Source: Alphaproteobacteria bacterium (GTDB taxonomy: Bacteria; Pseudomonadota; Alphaproteobacteria; UBA7887). From it: 64,000 nt of DNA. The stretch covers positions 2,656,001 to 2,720,000 of the forward strand of contig CBDCGL010000011.1 in the NCBI GenBank assembly GCA_965216755.1, given 5' to 3'. Position numbers and translations under genes: made by a program. The notes beneath the pieces were generated by a model. The model was not told the origin of the DNA, ran no database searches, and worked only from the letters and a program-made list of their open reading frames with translations. Shown here piece by piece: positions 49,432-60,094 of this stretch (the stretch's first letter is position 1; every line of letters starts with the position of its first letter).

Positions 49432-50543
49432 GCCACCACAGCACGGTCCATCTCGCGCTCGGCCCACGCAGTTACGACATTGTCGTCGGCGCTGGCCTGC
49501 TGGCGGACGCCGGCCGCCATTGTCAAGCCGTGGCCCGGGGCCGCCGGGCCATCGTCGTCACCGATGAAAACGTCGCCAAGTTGCACGGACCGGCCGTCAT
49601 GGCCTCATTGGCGGAAAGCGATTTTCTGCTCGACCAAATCGCGGTGCCGGCGGGCGAAACCGCCAAGTCGTTCGGACATCTGGAACGCCTGCTCGAGTCG
49701 ATCCTGGGCGCCGGCATCGATCGGTCGACCACGGTCATCGCGCTTGGCGGCGGCGTGGTTGGCGATCTAGCCGGATTTGCGGCCAGCGTCGCGCTCAGAG
49801 GCATCGACTTGATCCAAATGCCGACCACATTGCTTGCCCAGGTCGACAGCTCGGTCGGCGGGAAAACGGCGATCAACACCAAGGCCGGCAAGAACCTGGT
49901 CGGCAGCTTTCGTCAACCGCGCCTGGTGTTGGCGGACACGCAGACCCTCGATACCTTGCCACCGCGCGAGTTGCTGGCCGGGTACGCCGAAACCGCCAAA
50001 TATGGTCTGATTGACGACATCCGGTTCTTCGATTGGCTCGAGGCGCACGGACCTGCCGTGCTCGCCGGCAGCGGCGGCGCGCGACGCCAGGCCGTCGCGG
50101 CCTGCTGCACGGCCAAGGCCCGCGTCGTCGCCGCCGACGAAACCGAAGACGCGGGACGGGTGCTATTAAATCTCGGCCACACATTCGCCCATGCCTTAGA
50201 GTTGGAAAGCGGCTATGGCGGCGGCCTGCTGCATGGCGAAGCCGTCGCCATCGGCGTGGTCATGGCCTTCGATCTCTCGGTGCGTATGGGGCTGTGTCCG
50301 CCGGCGGACTTGGCCCGTATACGGCGGCATTGGCAACGCGTCGGCCTGCCCCAGGCGCCACCGGCAGATCTGATGGCCCGGTGTGATCCGACCACTTTGA
50401 TCAACCATATGCAGCGCGACAAAAAAGTCCGCGACGGGCGACCGACATTCATTCTGGCGCGCGGTATCGGTCAAGCATTTGTTGCCCACGATGTCACGCT
50501 TGATTTGGTCGCCGCGGTGCTGCGCGACGCGGCGACCGCTTGA
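49428..50543 (+). CDS. aroB: 3-dehydroquinate synthase
   Basis: LGGGVVGDLAGF, PTTLLAQVDSSVGGKT, LNLGHTFAH, HGEAV, DKK. Confidence 0.96.
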   Translation: MSHHSTVHLALGPRSYDIVVGAGLLADAGRHCQAVARGRRAIVVTDENVAKLHGPAVMASLAESDFLLDQIAVPAGETAKSFGHLERLLESILGAGIDRSTTVIALGGGVVGDLAGFAASVALRGIDLIQMPTTLLAQVDSSVGGKTAINTKAGKNLVGSFRQPRLVLADTQTLDTLPPRELLAGYAETAKYGLIDDIRFFDWLEAHGPAVLAGSGGARRQAVAACCTAKARVVAADETEDAGRVLLNLGHTFAHALELESGYGGGLLHGEAVAIGVVMAFDLSVRMGLCPPADLARIRRHWQRVGLPQAPPADLMARCDPTTLINHMQRDKKVRDGRPTFILARGIGQAFVAHDVTLDLVAAVLRDAATA

Positions 50544-50649
50544 CGCCCGCTGGTCGAGCGGGCATAAGGCTTTGGGTCGGCTTGCGAACCCGACCTGTGT
50601 TTGATGTTGCCGCCCGCAGCGGTGCTATAGGGGTTGTACAAACCAGGCC

Positions 50650-51930
50650 ATGAGCATGGCCTTGCTGCTGACACTGGCAGCTATCTTTGTTCTGATCCTT
50701 TTCTCAGCCTTTTTTTCCGGGTCGGAGACAGCGCTGACCGCGGCTTCGCGCGCGCGAATTCATCAGCTGGAAGCCGAGGGCCACGGTCGCGCGCGCTTGG
50801 TCAGTCTGCTGATCACCCATAAAGAACGGCTGATCGGCGCCATCCTTCTAGGCAACAACTCGGTCAATATTCTGGCGTCGGCCTTGGCCACCGGCGCCCT
50901 TATCAGCGTGTTTGGTGAAGCCGGAATCATTTACGCCACCGTCGGCATGACCCTGCTGGTGTTCATTTTCGCGGAAGTGCTGCCAAAGACTTACGCCATC
51001 CGCCACGCCGACAGAACGGCGTTGGCGGTCGCGCCAACCCTGCGCCTGTTGGTCGCCCTTTTGTCACCGCTCGCCGATGCCGTGCAATATTTGGTGGCCG
51101 GTTTGTTGCGCCTGGTGGGTGGCAGCCCGGACCCGCGTGGCGCCTTTACGGTATCCGATGAAATCCGCGCGGTCATCGACATGCACGCCCGCGAAGGATC
51201 CATGCGCAAGCACTATCGCGACATGCTGCGCAGCGTGCTGGACTTGTCAGAGGTCGAGGTGGGCGAAATCATGGTGCATCGCAAATCGATGGCGACCATC
51301 GAAGCCAGCCTCCCGGCCGGGCAGATCGTCGCCCAGGTTCTGGACAGCCCGTTTACGCGAATTCCCCTGTGGCGCGACGACCCCGACAACATCGTCGGCG
51401 TGCTTCATGCCAAGAACCTGTTCAAGACGATCCAGGGCCAAACTGACGGCGCCGCCGAGGTCGCCATTGCCGACGTGGCAAGCGAACCGTGGTTTGTCCC
51501 CGACACCACGACACTGGCCGACCAATTGGCGGAATTTCGGCGCCGGCGCGAACATTTCGCTTTGGTCGTCGACGAATATGGCGCCTTGATGGGCCTCGTC
51601 ACCTTGGAAGATATTCTTGAGGAGATTGTCGGCGAAATCGTCGACGAGCATGATCGGCCGACACGCGGTGTGCAATTGCAACCGGATGGCAGCTATCTGG
51701 TTGACGGCGCCGTCACCATCCGCGATCTCAACCGCGCCTTTGACTGGCGCTTGCCGGACGACGAGGCGTCGACCGTGGCCGGGTTGGTGATTCACGAAGC
51801 CAAACGGATCCCGGAAATGAGCGAACGGTTCCGACTGCATGGTTTCGACATTGAGATCATCGGCCGCAAAGGCAATCAAATTACCGCCCTGAGGCTCCAG
51901 GCATCGCCCACGGCGCCGGAACCGGAATAG
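50650..51930 (+). CDS. HlyC/CorC (CNNM) family transporter
   Basis: FFSGSETA, AEVLPK, CBS pair (VVDEYG…TLEDILEEIVG), CorC C-terminal domain. Confidence 0.92.
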   Translation: MSMALLLTLAAIFVLILFSAFFSGSETALTAASRARIHQLEAEGHGRARLVSLLITHKERLIGAILLGNNSVNILASALATGALISVFGEAGIIYATVGMTLLVFIFAEVLPKTYAIRHADRTALAVAPTLRLLVALLSPLADAVQYLVAGLLRLVGGSPDPRGAFTVSDEIRAVIDMHAREGSMRKHYRDMLRSVLDLSEVEVGEIMVHRKSMATIEASLPAGQIVAQVLDSPFTRIPLWRDDPDNIVGVLHAKNLFKTIQGQTDGAAEVAIADVASEPWFVPDTTTLADQLAEFRRRREHFALVVDEYGALMGLVTLEDILEEIVGEIVDEHDRPTRGVQLQPDGSYLVDGAVTIRDLNRAFDWRLPDDEASTVAGLVIHEAKRIPEMSERFRLHGFDIEIIGRKGNQITALRLQASPTAPEPE

Positions 51931-51948
51931 GCCACCCGACCACCGCGC

Positions 51949-52230
51949 CTATTGCCGCGCCGCCGCCTCGGCAGGGGTCAACGCACTGATCGACAAGGCG
52001 TGCAAGCCGGCGGCGAATTCGTCGCCCAACAGGCCATAGATGGTTCGTTGGCGCGCAACCCGGCTTTGGCCCTCGAAGCTTGCCGACGCGATTTCGACCC
52101 GAAAATGCGTTTCACCGCCTTCGCGATAGCCAGCATGACCGACATGCTGGTGCGATTCGTCGATGATCTCCAAATGTGTGGGCGCCAGGGCCTCGACCAG
52201 CTTGCGGCGAATCGTCTCGGCGACCGTCAT
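51949..52230 (-). CDS. bolA: BolA family protein
   Basis: DESHQHVGH, GETHFRV, RVARQR, GLHALSI. Confidence 0.9.
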   Translation of the reverse strand: MTVAETIRRKLVEALAPTHLEIIDESHQHVGHAGYREGGETHFRVEIASASFEGQSRVARQRTIYGLLGDEFAAGLHALSISALTPAEAAARQ

Positions 52231-52373
52231 GATCGCGGCCAAACGGTGGGAATCATGTTTGCCAGCCTTTCCGTTTCGGGCTCTCCGTTTCGCCTGGCCT
52301 GGGCCCGGTTGTCAACATTCTTTGCAATGCAGCATTGCTTGTCAGTCGGGTCCAGGGCGCGCATATTTCCGTC

Positions 52374-52979
52374 ATGGCCCGCACGCGCCCCAAAGACCCC
52401 GGATTGCGCAATATCATCGACTTCACCGATGAGAGCTTTGACGAGCGCGGCCAACGGCTCTGCGAGTGGCCGGGATGCGAGACGCTGGCCGAGTTTCGGG
52501 CGCCACGATCCCGCACGCGTTTGCGTGATTTTCGCTGGTTTTGCCTCGACCATGTGCGCGAGTACAACGCCGCGTGGAATTACTTTGCTGGTCTCGATGA
52601 AGGTGAAATCGAGCATATTCGGCAACGAGATACAGTTTGGCATCGACCAAGCTGGCCGCTTGGATCGGCAGCCAACGGCGACGACGGGCGCGACGGCACG
52701 ACGTGGCGGGGCCGCGAGTCGTTTTTCCGTGAGTCGCGCGATGATTTCGGTCTCTTCGGCGAGAGTCCCGAGGCCGCGGCGCCCGATCCGGAGCGCGATC
52801 AAGCCCTGGCGGCGCTCGACCTGGATCGCGCGGCAACAGACAATGACATCAAAGCGCGCTATAAAGCGTTAGTGAAAAAATACCACCCAGACGCCAATGG
52901 TGGCTGCAAGGCTTCCGAAGAGCGCTTTAAGGCGATAAACAACGCCTACACATATCTGACCAAAGCCGATCAGGCCTGA
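52374..52979 (+). CDS. DnaJ-domain protein (C-terminal J domain)
   Basis: CEWPGC…[25 protein letters not shown]; usual bolA/cobS neighbour. Confidence 0.9.
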   Translation: MARTRPKDPGLRNIIDFTDESFDERGQRLCEWPGCETLAEFRAPRSRTRLRDFRWFCLDHVREYNAAWNYFAGLDEGEIEHIRQRDTVWHRPSWPLGSAANGDDGRDGTTWRGRESFFRESRDDFGLFGESPEAAAPDPERDQALAALDLDRAATDNDIKARYKALVKKYHPDANGGCKASEERFKAINNAYTYLTKADQA

Positions 52980-53013
52980 TCAGAGGCTCGCAACACTTCG
53001 ACGGAATTGTCCG

Positions 53014-54015
53014 ATGGCATCTCCTCCTGTGGCCGAGGCACAGGCCGCACATCATGACGCGACGCCCGATATCACCGTGTCGGTGCGCCAGCTCTTTGGT
53101 ATCGAGAGCGATCTGAGCGTCCCGGCGTTTTCGGAACCGACCGAGCACGTCCCCGTGCTGGACGACAGCTATTGTTTCGACCATGAGACAACCTTGGCAA
53201 TTTTGGCCGGTTTCGCCTTTAACCGGCGGGTGATGATCCAGGGCTATCACGGCACCGGCAAATCCACCCACATCGAGCAAGTCGCCGCCCGACTGAACTG
53301 GCCGTGCATTCGCGTCAATCTCGACAGCCATATCAGCCGCATCGATTTGGTGGGCAAAGACGCAATCGTCTTGCGCGATGGTCAACAAGTGACCGAGTTC
53401 CGCGAAGGCATCTTGCCATGGGCGTTGCAATCGGCAACCGCCCTGGTGTTTGACGAATATGACGCCGGCCGTCCCGATGTGATGTTCGTGATTCAACGGG
53501 TCTTGGAAGTGGAAGGCAAACTGACACTTTTGGATCAGAACCGGGTCATTCGACCGCACCCGGCGTTTCGTTTGTTCTCGACCGCGAATACGGTTGGACT
53601 GGGCGATACGACCGGTCTCTATCACGGCACGCAACAGATCAACCAAGGCCAAATGGACCGTTGGAACATTGTTGCCACGCTGAATTATTTGCCGCATGAC
53701 GCGGAAGTCGAGATTGTGTTGGCGAAAGCGCCCAAATACAAAACCAAGCAAGGCCGCAAGCGCATCGCGGCGATGGTCGAGTTGGCCGACCTGACACGGG
53801 CCGGGTTTGTCGCCGGTGACATCTCGACCGTGATGTCGCCGCGCACCGTGATCACATGGGCTGAAAATGCTGAAATGCTGGGCGATTTGGGGTTCGCGTT
53901 TCGGTTGACATTTTTGAACAAGTGCGACGAGCTGGAGCGCCCCTTGGTGGCAGAGTATTACCAACGGTGCTTTGGTGAGGAATTGCCCGAGTCCGCGGCG
54001 CGCGCGCTGAGCTAG
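53014..54015 (+). CDS. cobS: Cobaltochelatase subunit CobS
   Basis: [38 protein letters not shown]. Confidence 0.96.
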   Translation: MASPPVAEAQAAHHDATPDITVSVRQLFGIESDLSVPAFSEPTEHVPVLDDSYCFDHETTLAILAGFAFNRRVMIQGYHGTGKSTHIEQVAARLNWPCIRVNLDSHISRIDLVGKDAIVLRDGQQVTEFREGILPWALQSATALVFDEYDAGRPDVMFVIQRVLEVEGKLTLLDQNRVIRPHPAFRLFSTANTVGLGDTTGLYHGTQQINQGQMDRWNIVATLNYLPHDAEVEIVLAKAPKYKTKQGRKRIAAMVELADLTRAGFVAGDISTVMSPRTVITWAENAEMLGDLGFAFRLTFLNKCDELERPLVAEYYQRCFGEELPESAARALS

Positions 54016-54021
54016 TCGATC

Positions 54022-55902
54022 ATGTCGCGGCCGGACACGGCATATTTGGAAGCTTTCAAGCGGGCGGTTGCGGGCACTGTCAGGGCGCTGTCGCACGAGC
54101 GCGAATTGGTGGTCAGTTTCGGCGCCACGACGCCGCGGGTAGAACCCGGACAAGCGCATCTGCCGCCGCCGCCGCGCGAACCCACCGATGAAGAACTTGG
54201 CGAAGTGCGTGGCCATGGCGACGCACTGGCCTTGCGTTTGCGCTATCACGACGACGGCGTCCATGCGGAACGCCGGCCCAAGGGAGAAACCGCGCGCGCG
54301 ATTTATGACGCAGTGGAGCAAGCGCGCTGTGAAGCGCTGGGCGCGCGCCGCATGGTTGGTCTGGCGCAAAACCTGGAAGCCGCTGTCGATGCCGATTGCC
54401 GGGCCCAGGGGTTCGATCGGGTGGTCCACCGCGACGATGCGCCGATCGTCGACGCCATCAAGTTGCTCGCCCGCGAGCGCTTGACCGGCATGCCGCCACC
54501 GGAAAGCGCTCGCGACATGGTGGATTTGTGGCGACCGTGGCTGGAATCGAAAGTCAGCAGCGATTTTGACGCCCTGGCGGGGGAGCTGGACGACCAGGCC
54601 GTCTTTGCGCGCCGTTTGCGGCGCCTGATTGCCCGTTTAGATTTTGCCGACGAGGACGAGAGCGACGCCGACTCCGACAGCGATTCGACCGAACAAACCG
54701 ACGATCCCGACAGCGTCCAGGGCGAGAGCGACTCCGAACAACGCGACGACGCCACGGATCCAAGCGCGACGCCGACCGGCGACGCGCAGGACGCCGAAGC
54801 AGCCCAGGCCGAAGAAGCCGACGCCGATACCTTGGAAGATGCCTTGAGCACTGGTGGCGACGAGGCTCCGGCCGACGGTCAACCGTGGCGGCCGCCATTC
54901 GATCGCTGGAACGAGCGCGGCGCCGACTATCGCGTTTTTACCACCGACTTCGATGAGGTGGTCGATGCACAAGACTTGTGTGAACTTGACGAACTGACGC
55001 GGCTGCGTGCCCACCTGGATCAGCAATTGCGCAGCCTGCAAGGCCTGGTTGCGCGCCTGGCCAACCGATTGCAACGTCAGTTGTTGGCCAAACAGACGCG
55101 TGCATGGGATTTTGATTTGGACGAAGGCTTGCTGGACAGCGCGCGATTGGCGCGCGTGGTCGCCAATCCCATGTACCCGCTTTCCTATAAGCAGGAAAAA
55201 GAGACGACCTTCCGCGATACGGTGGTGACGCTGCTGCTCGACAACTCCGGATCCATGCGTGGGCGCCCCATCACGGTGGCCGCGATGAGCGCGGATATCC
55301 TGGCGCGCACGCTAGAGCGCTGCGGCGTGAAAGTCGAAATCCTCGGATTTACGACGCGCTCGTGGAAGGGCGGGCGCGCGCGCGAACGTTGGCTGGCGGA
55401 TGGTAAGCCGGGCAATCCCGGGCGCCTCAACGAACTACGGCATATTATCTATAAGTCGGCTGATTCGCCTTATCGCCGGGCACGGAAAAGCTTGGGTCTG
55501 ATGTTGCGAGAAGGTCTGTTAAAAGAAAATATCGACGGCGAAGCCTTGCTTTGGGCCCACGATCGCCTTCTTGGACGGCCCGAGGAACGGCGCATTTTGA
55601 TGGTCATTTCCGATGGGGCGCCGGTCGACGATTCCACTTTGTCCGTGAATTCCGGCAACTATCTCGATCGGCATCTGCGCAATGTCATCGGCTGGATCGA
55701 ATCGCAGTCGCCGGTCGAACTGGTCGCCATCGGCATCGGCCATGATGTTGGCCGCTATTACCGACGGGCGGTGACAATCGTCGATGCCGAACAACTGGGT
55801 GGCACGATGACAGAAAAGCTGACCGAGCTTTTTGATGATGCAAATCCGGCGCCGCAGCAATCCGTACCAGCACGGGGCCGCCGCTTGCAACGCAGCGCCT
55901 GA
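54022..55902 (+). CDS. cobT: Cobaltochelatase subunit CobT
   Basis: Acidic linker, [35 protein letters not shown]. Confidence 0.96.
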   Translation: MSRPDTAYLEAFKRAVAGTVRALSHERELVVSFGATTPRVEPGQAHLPPPPREPTDEELGEVRGHGDALALRLRYHDDGVHAERRPKGETARAIYDAVEQARCEALGARRMVGLAQNLEAAVDADCRAQGFDRVVHRDDAPIVDAIKLLARERLTGMPPPESARDMVDLWRPWLESKVSSDFDALAGELDDQAVFARRLRRLIARLDFADEDESDADSDSDSTEQTDDPDSVQGESDSEQRDDATDPSATPTGDAQDAEAAQAEEADADTLEDALSTGGDEAPADGQPWRPPFDRWNERGADYRVFTTDFDEVVDAQDLCELDELTRLRAHLDQQLRSLQGLVARLANRLQRQLLAKQTRAWDFDLDEGLLDSARLARVVANPMYPLSYKQEKETTFRDTVVTLLLDNSGSMRGRPITVAAMSADILARTLERCGVKVEILGFTTRSWKGGRARERWLADGKPGNPGRLNELRHIIYKSADSPYRRARKSLGLMLREGLLKENIDGEALLWAHDRLLGRPEERRILMVISDGAPVDDSTLSVNSGNYLDRHLRNVIGWIESQSPVELVAIGIGHDVGRYYRRAVTIVDAEQLGGTMTEKLTELFDDANPAPQQSVPARGRRLQRSA

Positions 55903-55904
55903 AC

Positions 55905-56897
55905 GTGTTCCCAGCTGTTCGTCGGATCTGGCGATTGCGGCACGCGCTGATAGGTTGTGTGGCGGGTGTCTTGGCATTGGCTGCCAGTTGCGCCAGCGCG
56001 CAAAACGATGGCGTGCGCGCGCGCCCGATCCCCTTGGTCGAAAACAACCCTCGCCAGGATCGCATCGGCCCGTTGCTCTATCGCGGCGGATTGGCGCTGA
56101 CGTCCAGCGACTCACGTTTTGGTGGCCTGTCAGGGCTGGTGGTCAGCGACGACGGCCGTCGAATGTTGGCGGTCAGCGATACCGGATGGTGGTTGCGCGC
56201 TGAACTTGTCTATGACCCATCCGGCAACCTTGTTGATATGACGGCGGTGGAATTGGCGCCGTTGTTGGGACCTGATGGGACGCCGCAAAGTGGCAAACAG
56301 GCCGGCGACGCCGAGGCATTGGTGCGGACCCCGGACGGGGCTTTCCTGGTCAGCTTTGAGGGCCGCCACCGTTTATGGCGATATGACTCGATCGACGCCG
56401 TCGCGGGCCCGTTGCCCGTTCCCGCCGCGCTGGCCAACGCGCCACGTAACGGCGGCCTTGAAGCGGTCGGCCCGCTGCCCGATGGCGGTCTGCTGGCCCT
56501 CACCGAATCGTATCAAACCTCGGATGACGCGGTTCGCGGCTGGGTGATCACACAAGACACGTTTGCACCGATTGACTATCCGTTTGGCGGCTACTTCAAG
56601 CCAACCGATTTGACCTTGTTGGCAGATGGGCGCGTTTTGGTCTTGGAGCGCGGTTATACGCCTGTCGCCGGGGTCAAGGCGCGCCTGATGCTGATGACGA
56701 CCGAAGATCTGGGTCGGGCCGGGCCTGTCGGTCTGACCGAGATTGCTCGGTTGGCGCCACCGGTCTCAGTCGACAATTTTGAAGGACTGGCCAGCCGCCA
56801 AAATGACGCCGGGGAAACGGTCCTCTATTTTCTGTCGGACGACAATTTCAATCCGCTGCAACGTACTTTGCTGCTGCAGTTCGTGCTTACATCATAG
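55905..56897 (+). CDS. Esterase-like activity of phytase family protein
   Basis: FGGLSG, DAEAL, NGGLE, DNFEG, SDDNF…QRTLLLQF. Confidence 0.85.
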   Translation: MFPAVRRIWRLRHALIGCVAGVLALAASCASAQNDGVRARPIPLVENNPRQDRIGPLLYRGGLALTSSDSRFGGLSGLVVSDDGRRMLAVSDTGWWLRAELVYDPSGNLVDMTAVELAPLLGPDGTPQSGKQAGDAEALVRTPDGAFLVSFEGRHRLWRYDSIDAVAGPLPVPAALANAPRNGGLEAVGPLPDGGLLALTESYQTSDDAVRGWVITQDTFAPIDYPFGGYFKPTDLTLLADGRVLVLERGYTPVAGVKARLMLMTTEDLGRAGPVGLTEIARLAPPVSVDNFEGLASRQNDAGETVLYFLSDDNFNPLQRTLLLQFVLTS

Positions 56898-57438
56898 CGT
56901 TCGGTTTGTATTGCGGCAGACCGCGCATGACATATCGATAGGGCACCAACAAAATCGCCGCCATGGCGAGCTTGGCGCCATAGTCGCCAACCGCCCATGT
57001 CACCCACGGCAATCCGGTCGCCGCAAAGGCCAGTGAAAAGAACAAAGCGGTGTCGACCGCCGATGCGGTCAGCGAAGAGAACAAGGGCGCCCGCCACCAG
57101 GTGGCCCGACGCAAACGGTCGAAAATGAGAATGTCCAACAGCTGGGCCACCAGGAACGCGGTGCCGGACGCAAACGCGATGCGTGGCCCGGCCGCGATCG
57201 ACAGCAACACGCCGAGCACGAACCCGACCAAAACCACGATTCGGGCCTTGCCTGGACCGAACACGCGATTCGACAGATCCGTGACCAGAAACGCCACCGG
57301 ATAGGTAAACGCGCCCCAGGTCAGCCAGTCATTGATCGGGTATTGTACCGCGATGTTGGAGCTGACCACGACGACGATCATCGCCAGGATCGGCAGCCAC
57401 AACACACGTGCCGTGGTCATAAGTGAATGCGTCGTCAT
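56887..57438 (-). CDS. VUT-family (YhhQ-like) queuosine precursor transporter
   Basis: SSNIAVQY, TWGAFTYP, FLVTD, QLLD, DTALFF. Confidence 0.85.
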   Translation of the reverse strand: MTTHSLMTTARVLWLPILAMIVVVVSSNIAVQYPINDWLTWGAFTYPVAFLVTDLSNRVFGPGKARIVVLVGFVLGVLLSIAAGPRIAFASGTAFLVAQLLDILIFDRLRRATWWRAPLFSSLTASAVDTALFFSLAFAATGLPWVTWAVGDYGAKLAMAAILLVPYRYVMRGLPQYKPNAMM

Positions 57439-58640
57439 GTCACCGTCGTCTTGCGCCTGTGGACCTCTGGGCGGGCCAGGAAATCGGGCCGCAAATTCAC
57501 CCCCAGGCCAGCCCCTTCAGGGGCTCTGATGTGGCCTTCATCGATCGGCGGTAGGGCCGTGAGAATGTCCTGATACCAACCATAATAGTAGGCCCGCGTG
57601 ATTTCTTGCTCAGCCACATTGGTGGCCCACTGCGCGAAATGGACCGCCGCCGTCAGCGCCACCGGCCCGGTGCAGTCATGGACCGCGACCGGCAGGCGCC
57701 AGGCATCGGCCAGCGTCGCGACGCGGCGGCCGATTGTCAGCCCGCCGCCCCAGCATAAATCGAAAATCGGTACATCGACGGCACCACTCTCGATCAATCC
57801 GCGATACGCGGCGACGCCGCCAAGGGTCTCGCCGGCGGCAACCGGGCTGGCACATGACGCCGCGTAGGTCGCCAAATCGCCAACATGGTCGAGCCGCACC
57901 GGATCTTCGATCCATGACAGATCGAAGTCTTTCAATGCAGCGGCGATGCGCCGCGCAGGCGGCAAATGCCACAGGCCATGCATTTCCGCCTTGAGCTCGA
58001 TGCGGTCGCCGACAGCCGCGCGAACTTTTTCAAACGGCTTCAGACCCGTTCCCAGTTCTTGGTTGGAGATCCATAGGCCCTGATTGGCCTCGGCGGCGAA
58101 ATCGAATGGCCAGATCTTCATGCCACCGATGCCCATTTCCAACAGCTCATGGGCCAGTTCGTCAGGGCGGTTGAGAAACGCGTCGAGGTCCTCATAGACC
58201 TTGCGGTCGCCGCCCTGACCAAGGCCGAAATTGTGCGGGCGAATACCCGTTGACCGGCGCATGTAGCCGGGGCCCGCGCAGGTATTGTAGACGCGCACGC
58301 GTTGCCGACAGGCGCCGCCCAACATCTGGGTGATGGGGTAGCCGGCGGCCTGGCCCCAAATATCCCACAACGCGATATCGACCGCGGAGACCGCACGCAT
58401 TTCGGCGCCGCTATTGGCAAACCCTAGGTAAAACCCCAAGGCGTGAGGCCAGGATTCGATCGCCAAAGGGTCACCGCCAATGAGCTTTGGCGCGACCCAA
58501 TCGTGCAAATGGGATTCAACCGGGCCGACACCGAAATAACTTTCGCCCAGCCCGGTCAGCCCCGCATCCGTGTGGACCAGAACCCAAATGAGATTCGGAA
58601 ACAGATCGCACCGAACGGTTTCAAGCGCGCTGATTTTCAC
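57435..58640 (-). CDS. Mandelate racemase/muconate lactonizing enzyme family protein
   Basis: GLGES, SAVDIALWDI, MKIWP, WIEDP, AGE, HDC. Confidence 0.88.
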   Translation of the reverse strand: MKISALETVRCDLFPNLIWVLVHTDAGLTGLGESYFGVGPVESHLHDWVAPKLIGGDPLAIESWPHALGFYLGFANSGAEMRAVSAVDIALWDIWGQAAGYPITQMLGGACRQRVRVYNTCAGPGYMRRSTGIRPHNFGLGQGGDRKVYEDLDAFLNRPDELAHELLEMGIGGMKIWPFDFAAEANQGLWISNQELGTGLKPFEKVRAAVGDRIELKAEMHGLWHLPPARRIAAALKDFDLSWIEDPVRLDHVGDLATYAASCASPVAAGETLGGVAAYRGLIESGAVDVPIFDLCWGGGLTIGRRVATLADAWRLPVAVHDCTGPVALTAAVHFAQWATNVAEQEITRAYYYGWYQDILTALPPIDEGHIRAPEGAGLGVNLRPDFLARPEVHRRKTTVT

Positions 58641-58682
58641 AAGTTCGGGTCCCCGTCCGCGGAACGCGGGACATTGGGCGCG

Positions 58683-58976
58683 CTACTCGGCGCGCGCGGC
58701 GGCAGCCCTGGCGATGCGCTTTTTCAAACGCCGCGCCTCCAACGGCAAATCGCGGTCGCGGGCTTTCATCAGAAAGGCATCGAGCCCGCCGCGATGTTCG
58801 ACGGTGCGCAGCGCGCTGGTGCTCAGCCGCACGCGCACCGTTTGATCCAAGGCATCGCTATAAAGCGAGGTCGATTGCAAGTTCGGCAGGAACCGTCGCC
58901 GGGTCTTGTTGTGGGCATGGCTGACATTGTTGCCGGCCAGCACGGTCTTACCGGTCAATTGGCAGCGTCGCGCCAT
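58683..58976 (-). CDS. rpmB: 50S ribosomal protein L28
   Basis: [10 protein letters not shown]…[20 protein letters not shown]. Confidence 0.97.
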   Translation of the reverse strand: MARRCQLTGKTVLAGNNVSHAHNKTRRRFLPNLQSTSLYSDALDQTVRVRLSTSALRTVEHRGGLDAFLMKARDRDLPLEARRLKKRIARAAAARAE

Positions 58977-59079
58977 GATGAAATCTCCTGCCTCGAATTG
59001 GTCTTGCGCACGCGATATCAAAGCCGCGACTCGGCGGTCGCGTGCGGAAACGGGGTTCTAAGCCAGGCTTGGGAAACCG

Positions 59080-60087
59080 TCAAGTCTCGCCCTCGGCGTT
59101 GTCGACAATCGCGTCAAGCAGCGCTTGTGCCGCAACCGGCGCCGCCATGGTGCCGTCGGCCACTGCTGTCTCCAGCGCCGGCAGGCGCTTTGCGACACGC
59201 GGGTTCGTCTGCAACAGCAATTGAAAACTGTCGGCAATGTCGGCCCACATCCAGCCGATGCGCTGTTCGGCCCGGCGTGCCAGAAAAGCGCCGGTGTCGG
59301 TCATCGCCCGGCGATACGCCGTGACTTGTTCCCAAATGGCGTCGAGGCCGCGCCCGTCGAGCGCCGAACAAGTTAAGACCGCGGGTGACCAGCCCGGCGA
59401 TCCAGGCCGCAGCAGGCCCAACGCCGCGTGATATTCCGCGCGCGTGCGCTGGGCGGCGGCTGCCAAATCTCCGTCATCTTTGTTGACCAGCACCAGATCG
59501 GCGATCTCGACGATTCCGCGTTTCAGACCCTGCAATTCGTCACCAGCCGCCGGCGCGACCAAAAGCAAGAACATGTCGACCATATCGCGCACCGCGAATT
59601 CCGACTGGCCGACGCCCACGGTTTCGACGACGACCAAATCATAGCCAGCCGCTTCGCAAACGGCGATGGTCTCTTGAGTACGCCGGGCAACACCGCCCAA
59701 GGTGCCGCCGCTGGGGCTCGGCCGAATGAAGGCCTGATCGTGACGCGCCAATTCGGGCATGCGGGTCTTGTCGCCAAGAATGGCGCCACCGCCCAAGGCG
59801 CTGGAGGGATCGACCGCCAGCACGGCGACCCGGTGGCCCAATCCAATCAAAAACAATCCGAAGGCTTCGATGAAGGTGGATTTACCAACCCCCGGCGCAC
59901 CCGAAATGCCCAATCGGAGTGTCGGCGTGTCGCGATGCGGCAAGACTTCCGCTAGGGCGACGGCGGCACGTCGATGGTCGACGCGGCGCGATTCGACCAA
60001 TGTGATAGCGCGGGCCAGCGCGCGCCGGTCGCCCGCGGCGATGGCCTCGGCAAGCGCTTTGGGATCCGGATCCATTTTGCGCGGCAC
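59080..60087 (-). CDS. meaB: Methylmalonyl-CoA mutase-associated GTPase MeaB
   Basis: [40 protein letters not shown]. Confidence 0.95.
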   Translation of the reverse strand: MPRKMDPDPKALAEAIAAGDRRALARAITLVESRRVDHRRAAVALAEVLPHRDTPTLRLGISGAPGVGKSTFIEAFGLFLIGLGHRVAVLAVDPSSALGGGAILGDKTRMPELARHDQAFIRPSPSGGTLGGVARRTQETIAVCEAAGYDLVVVETVGVGQSEFAVRDMVDMFLLLVAPAAGDELQGLKRGIVEIADLVLVNKDDGDLAAAAQRTRAEYHAALGLLRPGSPGWSPAVLTCSALDGRGLDAIWEQVTAYRRAMTDTGAFLARRAEQRIGWMWADIADSFQLLLQTNPRVAKRLPALETAVADGTMAAPVAAQALLDAIVDNAEGET

Positions 60088-60094
60088 GTCGCGC

